From: Escherichia coli
GTDB lineage: Bacteria; Pseudomonadota; Gammaproteobacteria; Enterobacterales; Enterobacteriaceae
Assembly (NCBI RefSeq): GCF_041886205.1
Contig: NZ_CP169029.1
Strand: one strand, 5' to 3'
Length of the DNA stretch: 64,000 bases
This document shows, in pieces, positions 55,664 to 64,000 of this stretch. Position 1 is the first letter of the stretch. Every line of letters starts with the position of its first letter. The notes beneath the pieces were generated by a model. That model saw only the letters and a list, made by a program, of their open reading frames with translations. It had not been told where the DNA came from and did no database searches. The translations under genes were made by a program, and so were the position numbers.

Positions 55664-57184
55664 ATGTCACTGTCAATTGTTCATACCCGCGCAGCCCTGG
55701 GAGTAAATGCGCCCCCGATCACTGTTGAGGTACATATCAGTAAAGGTCTACCCGGCTTAACGATGGTGGGCTTACCAGAAACAACTGTAAAAGAAGCTCG
55801 CGATCGCGTGCGCAGCGCCATTATCAATAGCGGATATGAATATCCGGCGAAAAAAATCACCATCAACCTTGCTCCAGCCGATCTGCCAAAAGAAGGGGGA
55901 CGATATGATTTACCTATCGCCATTGCGTTGCTGGCGGCCTCAGAACAGCTTACAGCCAATAAGTTAGATGAATATGAATTAGTCGGAGAACTGGCTCTTA
56001 CAGGCGCTCTGCGTGGCGTTCCCGGTGCAATCTCCAGTGCAACTGAAGCTCTTAAGTCGGGCAGAAAAATTATCGTCGCGAAAGATAACGAAGATGAAGT
56101 GGGGCTAATTAACGGTGAAGGATGCCTGATAGCCGATCATCTGCAGGCTGTCTGTGCGTTTCTGGAAGGTAAGAACACTCTCGAACGCCCGAAACCAACT
56201 GATGCAGTATCCCGGGCGCTACAACATGATCTCAGTGATGTTGTCGGTCAGGAGCAAGGAAAACGAGGACTGGAAATTACCGCCGCTGGTGGGCACAACC
56301 TTTTACTGATTGGACCGCCGGGAACAGGTAAAACAATGCTCGCCAGCCGTATTAATGGCCTTTTGCCAGATTTAAGCAATGAAGAGGCACTGGAGAGCGC
56401 TGCGATATTAAGTCTGGTAAATGCTGAATCAGTACAAAAACAATGGCGGCAGCGCCCGTTCCGCTCACCGCATCACAGTGCGTCGTTAACTGCGATGGTG
56501 GGCGGTGGTGCAATTCCAGGGCCAGGTGAAATTTCGTTGGCGCATAACGGCGTGCTTTTTCTTGATGAGCTACCTGAATTTGAACGGCGTACACTGGATG
56601 CCTTGCGAGAGCCGATTGAATCCGGGCAGATCCATCTTTCACGCACACGAGCAAAAATAACCTATCCAGCCCGTTTCCAGCTTGTCGCGGCGATGAATCC
56701 CAGCCCTACCGGACATTATCAGGGAAACCATAACCGCTGCACGCCAGAACAGACATTACGTTATCTCAACCGGCTCTCGGGGCCCTTTCTCGACCGCTTC
56801 GATCTCTCACTGGAGATCCCATTACCACCCCCCGGCATTTTGAGTAAAACGGTAGTGCCGGGAGAAAGCAGCGCCACCGTTAAACAACGCGTAATGGCCG
56901 CCAGAGAGCGCCAATTTAAGCGGCAGAATAAACTGAATGCCTGGCTGGATAGTCCGGAAATACGCCAATTCTGCAAACTTGAGAGCGAAGATGCGATGTG
57001 GTTGGAAGGAACACTGATCCATCTGGGGTTATCGATTCGTGCCTGGCAGCGGTTATTGAAAGTTGCACGAACCATTGCTGATATTGATCAGTCTGACATT
57101 ATCACACGTCAGCATTTGCAGGAGGCAGTTAGCTATCGTGCGATTGACCGTTTGCTCATCCATCTGCAAAAACTACTGACATAA
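55664..57184 (+). CDS. yifB: Mg-chelatase-like AAA+ ATPase YifB (ComM family)
   Basis: MSLSIVHTRAALGVNAPPITVEVHISKGLPGL; Walker A GPPGTGKT; 506 aa. Confidence 0.9.
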   Translation: MSLSIVHTRAALGVNAPPITVEVHISKGLPGLTMVGLPETTVKEARDRVRSAIINSGYEYPAKKITINLAPADLPKEGGRYDLPIAIALLAASEQLTANKLDEYELVGELALTGALRGVPGAISSATEALKSGRKIIVAKDNEDEVGLINGEGCLIADHLQAVCAFLEGKNTLERPKPTDAVSRALQHDLSDVVGQEQGKRGLEITAAGGHNLLLIGPPGTGKTMLASRINGLLPDLSNEEALESAAILSLVNAESVQKQWRQRPFRSPHHSASLTAMVGGGAIPGPGEISLAHNGVLFLDELPEFERRTLDALREPIESGQIHLSRTRAKITYPARFQLVAAMNPSPTGHYQGNHNRCTPEQTLRYLNRLSGPFLDRFDLSLEIPLPPPGILSKTVVPGESSATVKQRVMAARERQFKRQNKLNAWLDSPEIRQFCKLESEDAMWLEGTLIHLGLSIRAWQRLLKVARTIADIDQSDIITRQHLQEAVSYRAIDRLLIHLQKLLT

Positions 57185-57185
57185 A

Positions 57186-57208
57186 AAAAGGGCATTTCGC
57201 CCTTTTTA
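57186..57208. terminator. Bidirectional intrinsic terminator (aaaaagggc-atttc-gcccttttt) between convergent yifB and maoP
   Basis: Perfect hairpin flanked by A-run and T-run. Confidence 0.8.
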
Positions 57209-57547
57209 TTAATCATCAGAATCGGTGTAGTCTTCAGCACCTTCAACCTGCGGTTTACCGCCGGAAAGGGTGTGAAAACGTTTTGGACGCTTAATACGCG
57301 TCATATACTTGGACCACACGCGTTCTGCTTCTGTCACTGGCTCACGTTCGCCACGGCATACTGCTACGAAGAGTTTCTCTTCCTCGGTAACCGGCTCGCG
57401 TTTGCCAAGATCCAACTCATTGAAGGCATAACCATGACGCTCAAGCAGTTGTGCCTCTTTGATGGTGAAATCACCATGACGAGAGAATCCACGTGGATAA
57501 TGTTTATTGTCGAAATATCGATTAGTCGTCGTAAAGCTTTCCGCCAT
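57209..57547 (-). CDS. maoP: MaoP (YifE), DUF413 protein
   Basis: 112 aa; [42 protein letters not shown]. Confidence 0.85.
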   Translation of the reverse strand: MAESFTTTNRYFDNKHYPRGFSRHGDFTIKEAQLLERHGYAFNELDLGKREPVTEEEKLFVAVCRGEREPVTEAERVWSKYMTRIKRPKRFHTLSGGKPQVEGAEDYTDSDD

Positions 57548-57665
57548 CCTGCACGCTCCTAATTCTTTGACCGAGCTAGTTATGGCGCGGAGTATTAGTT
57601 ACGCTTGACAGAGTGTAAAACAAAACATTTAAATCATAACGACAAATAATTTTGCGGAGAGCACT

Positions 57666-58505
57666 GTGGATACGGAATTGTTAAAAACTTTCCTGGAAGT
57701 TAGCCGAACGCGTCACTTTGGTCGAGCGGCTGAATCGCTCTATCTGACCCAGTCAGCCGTGAGCTTTCGAATCAGACAACTGGAAAATCAACTGGGTGTG
57801 AATCTTTTCACCCGCCACAGAAACAATATCCGTTTAACCGCTGCTGGTGAAAAACTACTGCCTTATGCAGAAACGCTCATGAGCACCTGGCAGGCCGCCC
57901 GCAAGGAGGTGGCGCATACCTCACGACATAACGAGTTTTCTATCGGTGCCAGCGCCTCATTGTGGGAATGTATGCTTAATCAGTGGCTGGGACGTTTGTA
58001 TCAAAATCAGGATGCCCATACAGGCTTACAGTTCGAAGCGCGAATTGCCCAACGGCAGTCTCTGGTAAAACAGCTGCATGAACGCCAGCTTGATCTTCTT
58101 ATTACCACTGAAGCGCCCAAAATGGACGAATTTAGTAGTCAGTTGCTGGGATATTTCACTTTAGCGCTTTATACCAGTGCCCCTTCCAAACTAAAGGGAG
58201 ATCTTAACTATCTGCGACTGGAGTGGGGGCCAGATTTTCAACAGCATGAGGCAGGTTTGATCTGTGCTGACGAAGTTCCCATTCTGACAACCAGTTCTGC
58301 TGAACTGGCACAGCAACAGATTGCGATGCTTAATGGTTGCACCTGGCTACCCGTCAGCTGGGCGCGTAAAAAAGGCGGCCTGCATACTGTTGTTGATAGC
58401 ACAACACTTTCACGACCGCTTTATGCCATATGGCTGCAAAATAGCGATAAAAATGCGTTGATTCGCGATCTATTGAAAATTAACGTGCTGGATGAAGTGT
58501 ATTAA
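57666..58505 (+). CDS. hdfR: LysR-type transcriptional regulator HdfR
   Basis: 279 aa; N-terminal LysR HTH; divergent from maoP. Confidence 0.85.
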   Translation: MDTELLKTFLEVSRTRHFGRAAESLYLTQSAVSFRIRQLENQLGVNLFTRHRNNIRLTAAGEKLLPYAETLMSTWQAARKEVAHTSRHNEFSIGASASLWECMLNQWLGRLYQNQDAHTGLQFEARIAQRQSLVKQLHERQLDLLITTEAPKMDEFSSQLLGYFTLALYTSAPSKLKGDLNYLRLEWGPDFQQHEAGLICADEVPILTTSSAELAQQQIAMLNGCTWLPVSWARKKGGLHTVVDSTTLSRPLYAIWLQNSDKNALIRDLLKINVLDEVY

Positions 58506-58565
58506 TCTGAATGGCTGGCAAGGATGCCGGTAGAAGGATTTACTTCGGAGAGGATTATTTCAGAT

Positions 58566-58592
58566 AAAAAAAATCCTTAGCTTTCGCTAAGG
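58566..58592 (-). terminator. rrn operon distal terminator (hairpin ccttagc-gaaa-gctaagg + U-run on minus strand)
   Basis: Hairpin followed by 8 T on transcribed strand just after tRNA-Trp. Confidence 0.8.
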
Positions 58593-58600
58593 ATGATTTC

Positions 58601-58676
58601 TGGCAGGGGCGGAGAGACTCGAACTCCCAACACCCGGTTTTGGAGACCGGTGCTCTACCAATTGAACTACGCCCCT
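58601..58676 (-). tRNA. trpT: tRNA-Trp (anticodon CCA)
   Basis: Minus strand AGGGGCGTAGTTCAATTGGTAGAGCACCGGTCTCCAAAACCGGG...CCA. Confidence 0.9.
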
Positions 58677-58684
58677 AATTAGGG

Positions 58685-58761
58685 TGGCGGAACGGACGGG
58701 ACTCGAACCCGCGACCCCCTGCGTGACAGGCAGGTATTCTAACCGACTGAACTACCGCTCC
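58685..58761 (-). tRNA. aspT: tRNA-Asp (anticodon GUC)
   Basis: Minus strand GGAGCGGTAGTTCAGTCGGTTAGAATACCTGCCTGTCACGCAGG...CCA. Confidence 0.9.
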
Positions 58762-58813
58762 ACCGAATTCTTTTACAACCACCGGTTTTATGACCGGCTT
58801 ACTGCTTAATTTG

Positions 58814-58933
58814 ATGCCTGGCAGTTCCCTACTCTCGCATGGGGAGACCCCACACTACCATCGGCGCTACGGCGTTTCACTTCTGAGTTCGGCATGGGGT
58901 CAGGTGGGACCACCGCGCTACGGCCGCCAGGCA
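58814..58933 (-). rRNA. rrfC: 5S ribosomal RNA
   Basis: Minus strand begins TGCCTGGCGGC...GTGGTCCCACCTGACCCCATGCCGAACTCAGAAGTGAAACGCCGTAGCGCCGATGG and ends ...AACTGCCAGGCAT. Confidence 0.95.
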
Positions 58934-59025
58934 AATTCTTTTTTATCAGACCGCTTCTGCGTTCTGATTTAATCTGTATCAGGCTGAAAATCTTCTCTCA
59001 TCCGCCAAAACACCTTCGGCGTTGT

Positions 59026-61928
<2,903 letters not shown>

Positions 61929-62121
61929 TCACAACCCGAAGATGTTTCTTACGATTCATCATCGTGTTGCGAAAATTTGAGAGACTCACGAACAACTTTC
62001 GTTGTTCAGTGTTTCAATTTTCAGCTTGATCCAGATTTTTAAAGAGCAAATATCTCAAACATCACCCGAAGATGAGTTTTGAGATATTAAGGCAGGTGAC
62101 TTTCACTCACAAACCAGCAAG

Positions 62122-62197
62122 TGGCGTCCCCTAGGGGATTCGAACCCCTGTTACCGCCGTGAAAGGGCGGTGTCCTGGGCCTCTAGACGAAGGGGAC
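62122..62197 (-). tRNA. gltU: tRNA-Glu (anticodon UUC) in 16S-23S spacer
   Basis: Minus strand GTCCCCTTCGTCTAGAGGCCCAGGACACCGCCCTTTCACGGCGG...GACGCCA. Confidence 0.9.
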
Positions 62198-62282
62198 GTA
62201 TCAGTCTGCTTCGCAAGACGCCTTGCTTTTCACTTTCTATCAGACAATCTGTGTGAGCACTGCAAAGAACGCTTCTTTAAGG

Positions 62283-63824
<1,542 letters not shown>

Positions 63825-63955
63825 AAAAGTTTGATGCTCAAAGAATTAAACTCCGTAATGAATTACGTGTTCACTCTTGAGACTTGGTATTCATTTTTCG
63901 TCTTGCGACGTTAAGAATCCGTATCTTCGAGTGCCCACACAGATTGTCTGATAAA

Positions 63956-63968
63956 TTGTTAAAGAGCA
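63956..63968 (-). promoter_or_regulatory. rrn leader boxA antitermination element (TGCTCTTTAACAA on minus strand)
   Basis: Exact boxA consensus in the leader upstream of 16S; a second boxA-like TGCTCTTTAAAAATCTGG lies in the spacer at 62031-62048. Confidence 0.8.
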
Positions 63969-64000
63969 GTGCCGCTTCGCTTTTTCTCAGCGGCGCGGGG

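Overview
This window is an Escherichia coli-type chromosomal segment, reverse-complemented relative to the K-12 map, running yigG-yigF-corA-yigE-uvrD-yigB-xerC-yigA-dapF-yifL-[insertion]-cyaY-cyaA-hemCDXY-glmZ-aslA-aslB-tRNA operon (argX-hisR-leuT-proM)-yifK-ECA (wec/rff) cluster-rho-trxA-rhlB-gppA-rep-yifN-ppiC-ilvC-ilvY-ilvGMEDA-yifB-maoP-hdfR-rrnC. Gene identities come from reading the ORF-track translations against remembered protein families and gene order; nothing was searched against a database. Where the ORF track gave a longer frame, I trimmed starts to the remembered native N-terminus. Almost all of it is conserved core genome. The one region that stands out is a ~3 kb segment (about 8516-11548) between the divergent core genes yifL and cyaY. 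It carries two translationally coupled genes for paralogous exported proteins built from repeated DKNYY-like modules, with no function I can assign, and the second gene is visibly AT-rich. Smaller points of interest are a full-length ilvG, a frameshifted PemK/MazF-like toxin remnant (yifN), a (CCTGCA)5 Pro-Ala repeat in hemX, the GlmZ sRNA in the hemY-aslA spacer, and two RIP-type REP elements.
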